A DNA stretch of 64,000 nucleotides from positions 69,242 to 133,241 of the forward strand of contig CAVPHD010000010.1 in assembly GCA_963704165.1 (NCBI GenBank). Reading direction: 5' to 3'. Shown one piece after another: positions 1 to 9,452 of this stretch. The stretch is from an uncultured delta proteobacterium (GTDB taxonomy: Bacteria > Myxococcota_A > UBA9160 > SZUA-336). Position 1 is the stretch's first letter, and each line of letters begins with the position of its first letter. The notes under the pieces were generated by a model. That model did no database searches. It saw only the letters and a program-made list of their open reading frames with translations, and had not been told where the DNA came from. The position numbers were made by a program, and so were the translations under genes.

Positions 1-1405
1 TCAGTTCCTGGCGCAGCTCTTGCGGATGATCTCGAATCTCGTGCTCTCGCGGCTGCTCTTTCCCGAGGCGTTCGGACTCATGGCCCTCGTGTCGCTGGTG
101 CTGATCGCGATCGAGCAGATCATCAACATCGGCACGCACAGCACCGTGATCCGGCACGAGCGCGGCGACGACCCGAGCTTCCTCGATACCGCGTGGACGA
201 TCCAGGTCGGCCGCGGCCTGATCGTCTGGGTCGGAGTCAGCGCGCTGGCGCCGCTGCTCGCGAGCTTCTACCAGGAGCCGCAGCTCGCATCCCTGCTCCC
301 CGTCGCGCTGCTGTCTCTCGTGATCGGAAGCTTCGGCTCGATGAAGATCGCGTTGCTCTACCGCCGGCTCGAGCTCGGACGCCGCGTGGCGATCGAGCTG
401 GTCGCTCAGGTGGCGACGATCGGGGTCGCGATCACGCTCGCCTGGATCTTCCACTCGGTCTGGGCGCTCGTGATCGGCGGTCTGGTGAACCAGGCGACGC
501 GCACCGTGCTGAGCCACACCTGGATTCCCGGCCGACGCGATCGCCTCGGCTGGGATCGCAGCGCCGCGCGGGAGCTGATCTCGTTCGGGAAGTGGGTGTT
601 CGCGTCGAGCGGCTTCTCGTTCCTGGCGGCACAGCTCGACGTCGCGATCCTCGGTCGGCTGGCCTCGCTCGGCGATCTCGGTGTCTACATGATCGGGATG
701 ACCGTCCCCAACCTGCTGCGCGAGCTGCTCGGCCAGGTCTCGGGTTCGGTCCTGATGCCGGCCTTGTCCGAGGCGAATCGCTCGGGCACTTCGTCGATCC
801 AACGCGCCTACGAGGCCACGCGCCGGGTCACGTTGCCCACCGCCGTTGTCGTCACGCTCACCTCGGTCGTGATCGCGCCGGTGTTCTTCGGAAATCTCTA
901 CGACTCCCGGTATGCCGACGCTGGCTGGATCGCACAGCTCGGCGCCTTCCGGCTCTGGTTCGGCTACCTGCAGGTGACGGCCTGCTCCACCCTGTTCGCC
1001 TACGGCGACGCGCGCATCTGGGCGGTTTCGAGCGGCCTCGCCGCGGCGGTCACGCTCGTCGGCTGCATCGTGGGATTTCAGATCTCCGGCATCGTCGGGC
1101 TGATCCTCGGTCTCAGCGTCGGCACGTTCGCCGGCTACGTGGTCGCGGTGATCCAGCTCGAAAGGCACGCGCTCGCGAGCGTGCGCCCCGAGATCGGCTA
1201 CGCGCTCGTCGCCGCCGGTCTCGCGATCGCGGTTCTCGGCGCCGAGCGCATCACGGCGGATCTGCTTCCGGAGCTGATCCCGGGCTTCCGCACGCTCGTC
1301 TGCGGCACCGTCATCGTCGGGCCGTTCGCGCTCTGGGCGGGCGCGCGCGCGCTCGGCGTCGTCCGCGGGGCTCGAGTGCGGGGGTCAGCGCCCGAGCAGG
1401 CGTGA
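1..1405 (+). CDS. Wzx/PST-family oligosaccharide flippase (probably 5'-truncated by the window edge)
   Basis: Many hydrophobic segments; 'LSRLLFPEAFGLMALV' and 'LDTAWTIQVGRG' motifs typical of polysaccharide flippases; frame is open to the window start. Confidence 0.85.
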   Translation, partial: QFLAQLLRMISNLVLSRLLFPEAFGLMALVSLVLIAIEQIINIGTHSTVIRHERGDDPSFLDTAWTIQVGRGLIVWVGVSALAPLLASFYQEPQLASLLPVALLSLVIGSFGSMKIALLYRRLELGRRVAIELVAQVATIGVAITLAWIFHSVWALVIGGLVNQATRTVLSHTWIPGRRDRLGWDRSAARELISFGKWVFASSGFSFLAAQLDVAILGRLASLGDLGVYMIGMTVPNLLRELLGQVSGSVLMPALSEANRSGTSSIQRAYEATRRVTLPTAVVVTLTSVVIAPVFFGNLYDSRYADAGWIAQLGAFRLWFGYLQVTACSTLFAYGDARIWAVSSGLAAAVTLVGCIVGFQISGIVGLILGLSVGTFAGYVVAVIQLERHALASVRPEIGYALVAAGLAIAVLGAERITADLLPELIPGFRTLVCGTVIVGPFALWAGARALGVVRGARVRGSAPEQA

Positions 1406-2131
1406 TGCCAGCCGGCGCAGCTTCGCGCGCACGCCGGCGTACTCGACGAAGATCTCGCTGCGCACGAAGGTCTGGCCCGTCGGTCCGCCCGACGGAAGGC
1501 TCGCGACCACGCGCGCGTGCGGGTACGCCTCCATCGGATCCTCGCCGCTCTCGCTCATGCGCGTCCGGAACACGCCGGGCAGGAGCTCGTTCACGAGCAC
1601 GTCGGGATATCGCGCACGGTCGATCTCGGCCGCCAACGACTTGGTGAGCACGGGCACCGCCGCCTTCGAGGTGGAATAGGCGGAGGCTCCCTCGATCGGC
1701 CCGCGCCAGGCGAAGCTGCCGATGTTGAGGATGCGCCCGTGACCGCGCTCGAGCATTCCGGGCAGGATCGCGCGGCAGCAACGCGCCATGCCGATCACGT
1801 TCGTCTCGATCACTTCCGCCCACTCGCGGCTCGACGACTCCAGGAATCGCAGCTTCGGGTACAGCGCCGCGTTGTTCACCAGGATGTCGACGCGCCCGTG
1901 ACGCTGCATCGTCTCGGCGAAGAGCCGATCGACGTCGGCGTCCGACGCGACGCTTCCGACGACGGCGTGCATCCGCCCCGGACCGCAGAGCTCCGCGGTG
2001 CGAGCGAGATCCGCCGCGGTGCGGCTGATGCCGACGACGTGCGCGCCGTCGCGTGCGAAGCCGACGGCGAATCCACGGCCGACGCCGGAGCCCGCCCCGG
2101 TGACCACGACTACCTTCCCGTTGAAGATCAC
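1385..2131 (-). CDS. SDR family NAD(P)-dependent oxidoreductase
   Basis: TGAGSGVG, NNA and YSTSK (YxxxK) motifs; GTG start at 2131 overlaps the GMC gene stop (GTGA); C-terminal part of track ORF 1385..3157. Confidence 0.88.
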   Translation of the reverse strand: MIFNGKVVVVTGAGSGVGRGFAVGFARDGAHVVGISRTAADLARTAELCGPGRMHAVVGSVASDADVDRLFAETMQRHGRVDILVNNAALYPKLRFLESSSREWAEVIETNVIGMARCCRAILPGMLERGHGRILNIGSFAWRGPIEGASAYSTSKAAVPVLTKSLAAEIDRARYPDVLVNELLPGVFRTRMSESGEDPMEAYPHARVVASLPSGGPTGQTFVRSEIFVEYAGVRAKLRRLASRLLGR

Positions 2132-3765
2132 GTCTCTCCCTCTCCGCGCCCGCGGTCGAACTCGATGTGGATGGCGTCCGCCACGCGCAGGGCATTCGCC
2201 GCGATCGTCAGACTCGGGTTCGTGCCCCCGCTCGACGGAAAGAACGACGAGTCCACGACGTAGACGTTGTCGAGGTCGTGCGTGCGGTTGTTCCGATCGA
2301 GCACGCTCCGCTCCGGATCGGTCCCGAAGCGGCAGGTTCCACAGGCGTGGCCGAAGTTGAGGTTGTTCTCGCCCGAGAGCACGGCCAGACGCGTTCGCCC
2401 GAGCCGCTCGGTCAACCGACGCCGCAGCCACTGATTCCGGCGGCGCAGCTCTTCGGGATAGTCGTACTCGAAGCGCATTCCGCTCGGGCTCCGCGGATCC
2501 GGAACGACGCGGTTCTCGGGATAGGGAAGATCCTCGACGATCGGACAGATCACGGCGGCGTGTTTGAAGAAGCGCGCCGCCACCAGGGCGACGAACGGAA
2601 GCAACGGACGCGAGAGCCGCATCCACCAGCGCCGCTCGCGATCGAACATCTGGCGGAGGTACCCGAGCACCACGCCCCACCCGACCTCGATGCCGACGGA
2701 CTGGATCGTTCCGAGCTTCTGCCCTTCGCAGAAGTAGAAGTCGTTCAGCGCGAGGGACTTCTTCGGACCCTCCGGCGAGAGCCGGCCGCTCGACCGCACC
2801 GCGATGAAATCGCCGGTGTGGAGCATCAGGTTGCGTCCGACGAGACCCGACGAGTTCGCGAGCCCGTCCGGCCGCGCGTCGTCGCGGGAGTTCAGGAGCA
2901 GGATCGGAGTCATGAATGCGCCCGCGGCGAGCACCACGATGCGAGCCCGGATGCGGCGCTCCACGCCGCGATGGGTACAGATCACCTGCCGAACGCCGGA
3001 CCCGTCCGCGGCGAGCCGGGTGACCTCGCACTCGGGCAGGATCTTCGCGTCGTGCTTCTTTAGCGCGGGCATCAGGCAGATCGTGCCCGCGTCGCTCTTG
3101 CATGCCCGCGGGCAGAGCGCGCCCCCGCACTCGAAGCAACCGTCGACGAACTCGCACCCGACGTGGACACGATACGGGTGCAGCCCGACGCCGCGAAGGA
3201 ACTCGGAGAGCTCCTGATCGCGCGCGCTGAGCGGTGGCGGCGACAGGAGTCCGACGCCGTAGCCCGGGCGCAGCGGATCCTCACCCCCGCGAACGCGGTA
3301 CAGCCTCTCGGCGAGATCGTAATAGGGCGCGAGCTCGTCGTAGCTGATCGGCCAGGTCTCGGGCAGATCCGCGCCGGCCACGTCGGGGAAGTTCCGCTTC
3401 GGAGTGAAATCCTCGGGCGCCAGGCGTTCGAGCGCCGCGCCATACAGCGACGTCGAGCCGCCCGAGCCGCAGCCGAGCGGCGCGAAGAACTCGAGATGGC
3501 CGAAGCTCGTATCGCCTTCGAGCGGTGTCGGCCAACGTCCACGGCGCAGCCGCGCGTCGGGCTCGTCGGAGGCGTCGGGATCCATGCGCCCGTCACCGCG
3601 ATCCGCCTCCTGGTGCAGGAACCGGCCCTTCTCGAGGAACAGAACCCGGTGCCCCGCCTTGGCGAGCGCGTAGCCGGCCGTGGCCCCGCCCATTCCCGTA
3701 CCGACGACCACGACGTCCCAGAGCGTCGCCTCGGGATCGTCGGGGATCTGCTTGGGATCGCTCAC
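2128..3765 (-). CDS. GMC family FAD-dependent oxidoreductase
   Basis: VVGTGMGG FAD motif, GCGSGGST, CFECGGALC cysteine cluster, C-terminal HACGTCRFG and GGTNPSLTI. Confidence 0.9.
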   Translation of the reverse strand: MSDPKQIPDDPEATLWDVVVVGTGMGGATAGYALAKAGHRVLFLEKGRFLHQEADRGDGRMDPDASDEPDARLRRGRWPTPLEGDTSFGHLEFFAPLGCGSGGSTSLYGAALERLAPEDFTPKRNFPDVAGADLPETWPISYDELAPYYDLAERLYRVRGGEDPLRPGYGVGLLSPPPLSARDQELSEFLRGVGLHPYRVHVGCEFVDGCFECGGALCPRACKSDAGTICLMPALKKHDAKILPECEVTRLAADGSGVRQVICTHRGVERRIRARIVVLAAGAFMTPILLLNSRDDARPDGLANSSGLVGRNLMLHTGDFIAVRSSGRLSPEGPKKSLALNDFYFCEGQKLGTIQSVGIEVGWGVVLGYLRQMFDRERRWWMRLSRPLLPFVALVAARFFKHAAVICPIVEDLPYPENRVVPDPRSPSGMRFEYDYPEELRRRNQWLRRRLTERLGRTRLAVLSGENNLNFGHACGTCRFGTDPERSVLDRNNRTHDLDNVYVVDSSFFPSSGGTNPSLTIAANALRVADAIHIEFDRGRGEGET

Positions 3766-5141
3766 GGGCGCACCTCCGCTCTCGTGCGGATCAGATCCTG
3801 CGCGATCGCGACCTCGCTCGCGAGCCGCGCGGCGAGGTCCTGGCCCGCTTCGTTCCAGTGATCGTCCACGCCCTTCAAGTACAGCTCGTCGGCTCCGTGC
3901 TCCGAGAAGGGCCCGAAGAGGTTCAGGAACGGAACCCGCTGTCGGATGCAGATCTGCTGGAGAACGTCGGTGAGCGTCGATCGTCGATACGCCGGGTGCG
4001 CTCGCGGGTCGACCTCTCCGCTCTCGTGCCCGTCCACCACGTCGACGGGAGACGGAATCAACACGAGAAGAAGCGGCAGCTGCAGGTCGGCCGTCGTTTC
4101 GCGCATCCGTGCGATGATCTGCTCCATCAGCGCCACCCGGTAACGCGCGGAGTCACTCTCTGGAGCGAGACTCACGTCGGCGTTGTACGGATCGCTCAAG
4201 AGCTCGTGAACGACGTCGTCACCGAGGACCACGTATTCGCGGTACTCGCGGACGAGCTGTTCGAGCGACCTCTCGACGCGCTCGATCCGCGCCTCGCGTC
4301 CGGTCGGGATCGCCGCATCTCCCGCGCCGGAGATCCGGCGAAGGGCGTCGCGGAGCGCCTTCTTGAGAATCAGCTCGCTTCGCGACACGGCCACGCGTCT
4401 CTCGACCTTCGGATCGAAGCTGAACGCGTTCTCGCGCAGGTCTCCATCGCTCGTCAATCGGTAGAGCTTGTTGCGGAGGATGTCACCGAAGTCGTTTCCG
4501 GCGTAGATCGCGACGATCACCAGATCGGGACGAAGAGCCTCGAGCTCGGCCGTCATGCGCCGAAGCTCCTGATCGGGACCGTAGCCGGCAACGCCCGCGT
4601 TCACGACCTCGACGCGCGACCCGAGGGCTCGCGCGAGATGGAGCTCGAGGCGCTCCGCGAACGTGTCCTCGGTTCGAGAGAACTCCGCCATGATGAACGA
4701 GTCCCCGTAGACGACGACGCGGCTCGACTCGCCCGACGTGGCCAGCTCCTCGCCGCGGAATCCGCGGCTGTTCATCGCGTAGCGGACGCGAAGGCCGTCG
4801 TTGATCGCGGCTCGCGTGTACTCGCGCTGGCTGCCCGGGCTCGGCCGATACAGGACGCGGTCGTCGAGCTCGATCGACGTGACGTAGCGCGGGCCGAGCG
4901 TGGTCCGCAGCACGGCTTCCGCCGCGGCCCCGGTGAGAGCGACCGACACCAGCAACGTGAGCGCGCGCGCATTCCACCCGGGCGGCGCAAAGCAGAACGC
5001 GCCGATCGCGATGCCGATCGCGAGCAGTCCCGCCTGGGAGAGACCGAAGCCCGGTCCGCCCCCCACGAATCGGTCGTCGTAGAAAGCGAGCAGGACCAGA
5101 CCGAGCGAGATCGATGCGGTGACGAGCCGCAGCGCGGTCAC
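3762..5141 (-). CDS. Membrane-anchored SGNH/GDSL hydrolase-family protein (AlgJ/DltD/PatB-like fold)
   Basis: N-terminal hydrophobic helices; blocks GDSF, NAGVAGYG, GND and DDHWN; GTG at 5141 overlaps the upstream stop. Confidence 0.8.
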   Translation of the reverse strand: MTALRLVTASISLGLVLLAFYDDRFVGGGPGFGLSQAGLLAIGIAIGAFCFAPPGWNARALTLLVSVALTGAAAEAVLRTTLGPRYVTSIELDDRVLYRPSPGSQREYTRAAINDGLRVRYAMNSRGFRGEELATSGESSRVVVYGDSFIMAEFSRTEDTFAERLELHLARALGSRVEVVNAGVAGYGPDQELRRMTAELEALRPDLVIVAIYAGNDFGDILRNKLYRLTSDGDLRENAFSFDPKVERRVAVSRSELILKKALRDALRRISGAGDAAIPTGREARIERVERSLEQLVREYREYVVLGDDVVHELLSDPYNADVSLAPESDSARYRVALMEQIIARMRETTADLQLPLLLVLIPSPVDVVDGHESGEVDPRAHPAYRRSTLTDVLQQICIRQRVPFLNLFGPFSEHGADELYLKGVDDHWNEAGQDLAARLASEVAIAQDLIRTRAEVRP

Positions 5142-6019
5142 GGCGCGCTCCGTTCGGGCCCGGGAGCGATCGGCCGTTGCAGTCGCGACAGTCCGGCATC
5201 GACGAGCCACCAGGCGTCCATCGCGCCGTCGCAGAGCCGTGCGAACTGCCGCAGGTCGTCGCCGTTCTCGACCTTGACGCGCGGGAGCTCGCGGGGGTCC
5301 GTGCCCGCGCGGATCGAGCCGTGCTGCGAGGTGAACACGAGCTCGTAGCCCGCCTCCGCGAGACCGCGGCCGGTGGCGTCGCTGAAATCCGAGCGGGTGC
5401 CGTACGGGTAGGCGAAGGCCCGAACCGAAACGCCCAGCTGCGACTCGAGCAATTCGCGCGCGCGAACGCCCTGCTCTCGCGCCAGCGCGCAGCTCGACGT
5501 CCCCATGGACTCGTGCTCGTACCCGTGCGCGCCGGTCGTGATGCCCGCCTCCGCGAGTCGTCCGACCTCGTCCCAGGTCATGTAGCGCTCGGGCTCGACG
5601 CCGGGCGCCGAACGACTGCCGACGCGGCTCGCGGTGACGAACGCCACCGCGGGCACTCGGTGATCCCGCAAGATGGGAAGCGCGTCGCGAAACGTGCTCA
5701 GGTAGCCGTCGTCGATCGTGATCAGCGTCGCACCGTCCGCGAGCGGCCTCTCTCCGGCGATGAACTCGCGCAGATCGGTCAGCCCGATCGCGCGTTGATG
5801 CTCGGCGAGGAAGCGGACCTGTGCTTCGAAATCGCCACGCGACACGCAGAACGGATCGCGCGCGATCTCGCCGAAGCGGTGGTACGTGAGCACGCGAACC
5901 CGCGCGGCTCCCCGGAGCGAGCGCCTCAGCGCGAGGGCTCCGGATGCGCTCATCGCCAACGTCAGGGCTCGCCGGGCGGACTTCTTCGCCATCCATCGCG
6001 ACCGGGAGACGCCGGTCAC
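5138..6019 (-). CDS. Polysaccharide deacetylase family protein (NodB/CE4-like)
   Basis: LTYHR, ITIDDGY, GAHGYEH and FAYPYG motifs; GTG at 6019 overlaps the upstream stop. Confidence 0.88.
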   Translation of the reverse strand: MTGVSRSRWMAKKSARRALTLAMSASGALALRRSLRGAARVRVLTYHRFGEIARDPFCVSRGDFEAQVRFLAEHQRAIGLTDLREFIAGERPLADGATLITIDDGYLSTFRDALPILRDHRVPAVAFVTASRVGSRSAPGVEPERYMTWDEVGRLAEAGITTGAHGYEHESMGTSSCALAREQGVRARELLESQLGVSVRAFAYPYGTRSDFSDATGRGLAEAGYELVFTSQHGSIRAGTDPRELPRVKVENGDDLRQFARLCDGAMDAWWLVDAGLSRLQRPIAPGPERSAP

Positions 6020-6774
6020 ATCCGCCGCCCGAGCCACTTCACGCGTGCCAGCCGCACGAGAAAGAGCGGGTTCCCGAACACGTAGCGCCGGAACTTCCGC
6101 GGCTGCGCGAGCAGCAGGTGCAGCCACTCGAAGCCGAGCCGTCGCAGCCACGCGGGCGCGCGCACCAGATCCCCCGCCCAGTAATCGAGAAGTCCACCGA
6201 TGCCCATGCACAGCGGCACCGCGAGCCGTTCGCGCTGCGCGTGGATCCAGAGCTCTTGCTTCGGATTTCCCATTCCCACGAGCAGAAGGTGCGGGCGGCT
6301 CGCGTTGATCTTCTCGACGACGGCGTCGCTGTCGTCGATCTCGACGTAGCCGTGATGATGACCGACGAGCTGCCAGCCCGGAAACGCGCGGCGGGCGTGC
6401 GCAGCCGCGCGTTCGATCGCGTCGGCCGAGGCGCCGAGCAGGTAGTACCGCAGACCGAGCTCGCGCCCGAGCAGCGCGGGAGCGAGATCCGTGCCGTTCA
6501 CGTTGTCGCGCAGGCGCGCACCGTGCAGGAAGCGAACCGCCCAGCGCACGCCGGTGCCGTCGCCGAAGATCCGGTCCGCCGACGCGAGGACCGCGCGGTA
6601 CGCGGGATCGGCCCAGGCGAGATTCAGCGTGTGCGCGTTGACGAAGAAGATGCTTCGCGCGCGCTCGAACTCGCCGCGCATCGCCGACTCGCAGATCTCG
6701 AGTGCTTCGTGCATCTCGAGATCCGCGATCGGCACGGCGAAGACCGGTCGCTCGATGACGCGTCCTTCCCTCAT
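6016..6774 (-). CDS. WecB/TagA/CpsF (GT26) glycosyltransferase
   Basis: FVNAH, DGTGV, NGTDL, GMGNPKQE, RAPAW and GFEWL motifs. Confidence 0.92.
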   Translation of the reverse strand: MREGRVIERPVFAVPIADLEMHEALEICESAMRGEFERARSIFFVNAHTLNLAWADPAYRAVLASADRIFGDGTGVRWAVRFLHGARLRDNVNGTDLAPALLGRELGLRYYLLGASADAIERAAAHARRAFPGWQLVGHHHGYVEIDDSDAVVEKINASRPHLLLVGMGNPKQELWIHAQRERLAVPLCMGIGGLLDYWAGDLVRAPAWLRRLGFEWLHLLLAQPRKFRRYVFGNPLFLVRLARVKWLGRRM

Positions 6775-6799
6775 CGGTCGGCGGCCACCGGAGCGGAGA

Positions 6800-7015
6800 C
6801 TAGAACAGCGTGTAGATGAAGGGCGCGGCGGCCGTGCCTCCGAGCAGGACGAGCAGTCCGAGCCCGAGGATCGAGATGATGATCGGCGCGAGCCACCACT
6901 TCTTGTTGTCCTTCAGAAAGCCCCAGAACTCCGAGACGATTCCGTCGCTGCCGGCGCGGTTCCCGGACTGCGTGATGAAGTCGCTCTTCCCGTCGGTCTT
7001 CTGCTTCTCGGACAC
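6800..7015 (-). CDS. DUF5989 / SxtK-like single-TM microprotein (71 aa) ending APFIYTLF
   Basis: EFWGFLKDNKKWWLAPII...APFIYTLF signature; GTG at 7015 behind a GGAGG RBS; 3' part of track ORF 6800..7372. Confidence 0.85.
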   Translation of the reverse strand: MSEKQKTDGKSDFITQSGNRAGSDGIVSEFWGFLKDNKKWWLAPIIISILGLGLLVLLGGTAAAPFIYTLF

Positions 7016-7026
7016 ACTGGCCTCCG

Positions 7027-7473
7027 TCAGAACTGCTTGAAGTAGGAGTCTCTCGGTCTCTCGGGCCGCGCGTCCACCCAATAGGTCTTTGCGGACGGCA
7101 GGATTCGGCGCTCCATCGGGTCGAATCCGAACAGGCGCATCACGACCCCGATCGGCGCGATCACGACGTAGAAGAGCGTCGCCATGATCACGTAGGAGAG
7201 CACGAAGCCGATCGGAAAGGCGGCGATCGTGAGCCCGAGGTAGATCGGCAGGTTCGCCTTCGGAAAGACCAGAGAGAAGAAGGCCGAGACGGCGGCGACG
7301 GCCGCGAGGCCGAGTGACACCGACGCCCGCGTGCCCTCGGCGAGGTACGCGAACGCGAGCCAGCCGTTCCACGCGAGCAGCGCGAGCAAGCCGAAGCCGG
7401 CGAGCGCGATCCAGCCGAACTGGCGCAGCGTGCGGACATCGGGGCGGAGATTGAGATCGATCATCTGTGACAT
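7027..7473 (-). CDS. SxtJ-family membrane protein
   Basis: LRQFG N-terminal motif, several TM segments, 'FYVVIAPIG..MRLFGFDPM..TYW..YFKQF'; lies between the carbamoyltransferase and DUF5989 genes. Confidence 0.8.
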   Translation of the reverse strand: MSQMIDLNLRPDVRTLRQFGWIALAGFGLLALLAWNGWLAFAYLAEGTRASVSLGLAAVAAVSAFFSLVFPKANLPIYLGLTIAAFPIGFVLSYVIMATLFYVVIAPIGVVMRLFGFDPMERRILPSAKTYWVDARPERPRDSYFKQF

Positions 7474-7485
7474 CGACTTCTCCGC

Positions 7486-9315
7486 CTAGTCGTTTCCGAA
7501 CTCGGCCAGATACGCCGCCACGTCGATCTCCTTGGCCTCGGGCTGCTCGGTCTTGAGCAGCACGTAGTTCTCGAGCACGAGCGCATCCATGTTCGTGTGC
7601 ATGAAGCAGCGGTACGAATCGGACGGGGTGTTCACGATCGGTTCGCCGCGCACGTTGAAGCTCGTGTTGATCAGAACCGGGCTTCCGGTCAGCCGCTTGA
7701 ACGCCTGCGCGATGCCGTAGAAGCGCGGATTGCGCTCGGGATCGATCGTCTGAACGCGCGCCGAGTTGTCCACGTGCGTGATGGCGGGCACGACGGAGCG
7801 GACCTGCTTCAGCTTGTCGAGCCCCTTCTCGCCGCGGCTCTCGATCGGCAGGAGCTTTTCGGTCCGGACCGGCGCGACGAGAAGCATGTACGGACTGTCC
7901 TCGTTCTCGCGCATCTCGAAGTAGGTCGAGACGTCCTCGCGCAGAACGGCCGGGGCGAAGGGGCGGAACGACTCGCGGAACTTGATCTTCACGTTCATCA
8001 CGGACTGCATCTTGCGCGAGCGCGCATCGCCGAGAATCGAACGCGCGCCGAGCGCGCGGGGACCGAACTCCATCCGGCCGGCGCAGTGCCCGACCACGTT
8101 CTCGGCGGCGATCAGCTCGGCGACCGCCGCGCAGAGCGAAGCCTCGTCGGGGTAGTGCCGGTACACGGCGCCCTGTTGGTCGAGAAACGCGCGGATCTCG
8201 GAGTTGGAGTACGCGGGTCCGAGCAGCGATCCGCTCTGCAGATCCTTTCCCGCCGGCTCGCGCTTGTTCTCGAGCAGCTGGTACCAGACGAAGGTGGCCG
8301 CCCCGAGCGCCCCGCCGGCGTCACCTGCCGCGGGCTGGATCCAGACGTTCTCGAACGGGCCGTCGCGCAGGATCTTGCCGTTGCCGACGCAGTTCAACGC
8401 CACGCCTCCGGCGAGACAGAGGTTGGGAAGACCCGTGAGCTCGTGGGCGTGGCGCGCAATGCGCACCATGATCTCCTCGGTGACGAGCTGGATCGAGGCG
8501 GCGAGATCCATCTCGCGCTGCGTGATCGGGGATTCGGCGGCACGCGGCGGACCGCCGAAGAGCGTGTCGAACTTCTTCGACGTCATCACGTCCTTGTGCG
8601 TGTACGCGAAGTACGACATGTCCATGCGGAAGGACCCGTCGTCCTTGACGTCGAGCATCTTCTCGCGGATCAGGTCCGCGTAGATCGGCTCGCCGTACGG
8701 CGCGAGGCCCATCAGCTTGTACTCGCCGCTGTTCACCCGGAAGCCCGTGAAGTAGGTGAAGGCCGAGTACAGAAGCCCGAGCGAGTGCGGGAACCGCAGC
8801 TCCTTTCGCATCTCGATCTTGTTCCCGCGGCCGACGGCGATGCTGCCGGTTGCCCACTCGCCGACACCGTCGAGCGTCAGGATCGCGGCCTCGTCGAATG
8901 GCGACGGGAAGAACGCGCTGGCGGCGTGCGACTCGTGGTGCTCGAGGAAGACGTAGCGGCCCTTGTACTTCCCCTCGAGCCCGGCATCGAGCTCACGCGG
9001 CGTGTAGAGCTTCTGCTTCAGCCAGAGCGGAAGCCCCATCAGGAACAGACGGAAACCCACGGGCGCATAGGCCACGTACGTTTCGAGCAGCCGGTCGAAC
9101 TTGAGAAGCGGCTTGTCGTAGAACGCGACCAGATCGAGATCCTCGGTCCGGATTCCGCCCTCGCGCAGGCAGTACTCGATCGCCCTGGCCGGGAAGCGGT
9201 AATCGTGCTTCTTGCGGGTGAAGCGCTCTTCCTGGGCTGCGGCCACGATCCGGCCGTCCTGGAGCAAGCACGCGGCGCTGTCGTGGTAGTAGGCAGATAT
9301 CCCGAGAATGTTCAT
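7486..9315 (-). CDS. O-carbamoyltransferase, NodU/CmcH/TobZ family (SxtI-like)
   Basis: ILGISAYYHDSAA, AAQEERFTRKKH, HHESHAASAF, DGVGE, EYKLMGLAPYG, GPRALGARS, KFRESFRPFAP, NTSFNVRGEP; ATG at 9315. Confidence 0.96.
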   Translation of the reverse strand: MNILGISAYYHDSAACLLQDGRIVAAAQEERFTRKKHDYRFPARAIEYCLREGGIRTEDLDLVAFYDKPLLKFDRLLETYVAYAPVGFRLFLMGLPLWLKQKLYTPRELDAGLEGKYKGRYVFLEHHESHAASAFFPSPFDEAAILTLDGVGEWATGSIAVGRGNKIEMRKELRFPHSLGLLYSAFTYFTGFRVNSGEYKLMGLAPYGEPIYADLIREKMLDVKDDGSFRMDMSYFAYTHKDVMTSKKFDTLFGGPPRAAESPITQREMDLAASIQLVTEEIMVRIARHAHELTGLPNLCLAGGVALNCVGNGKILRDGPFENVWIQPAAGDAGGALGAATFVWYQLLENKREPAGKDLQSGSLLGPAYSNSEIRAFLDQQGAVYRHYPDEASLCAAVAELIAAENVVGHCAGRMEFGPRALGARSILGDARSRKMQSVMNVKIKFRESFRPFAPAVLREDVSTYFEMRENEDSPYMLLVAPVRTEKLLPIESRGEKGLDKLKQVRSVVPAITHVDNSARVQTIDPERNPRFYGIAQAFKRLTGSPVLINTSFNVRGEPIVNTPSDSYRCFMHTNMDALVLENYVLLKTEQPEAKEIDVAAYLAEFGND

Positions 9316-9369
9316 TCGCTTCTCCGGCCGGATCGCGCAGACGACAGGCGCACGCTCCCGCGTGAGCGG

Positions 9370-9394
9370 ATCGGCCCACGGGCCGCACACTTGA
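9370..9394 (-). promoter_or_regulatory. Putative sigma-28 (FliA/WhiG)-type promoter for the carbamoyltransferase operon
   Basis: Minus strand reads TCAAG-tgtgcggcccgtgg(14)-GCCGAT, ~55 nt upstream of the ATG. Confidence 0.55.
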
Positions 9395-9452
9395 GCGCGG
9401 CCACCGCGCTTGCCCCTGATCCGCGCAACGCATGATACCGGGCGACTCGCAC

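Noticed and set aside
6800..9315. Saxitoxin biosynthesis cluster
   Set aside because: Only sxtI/J/K-like genes are present; no sxtA, sxtG or other core genes, and the context is polysaccharide synthesis
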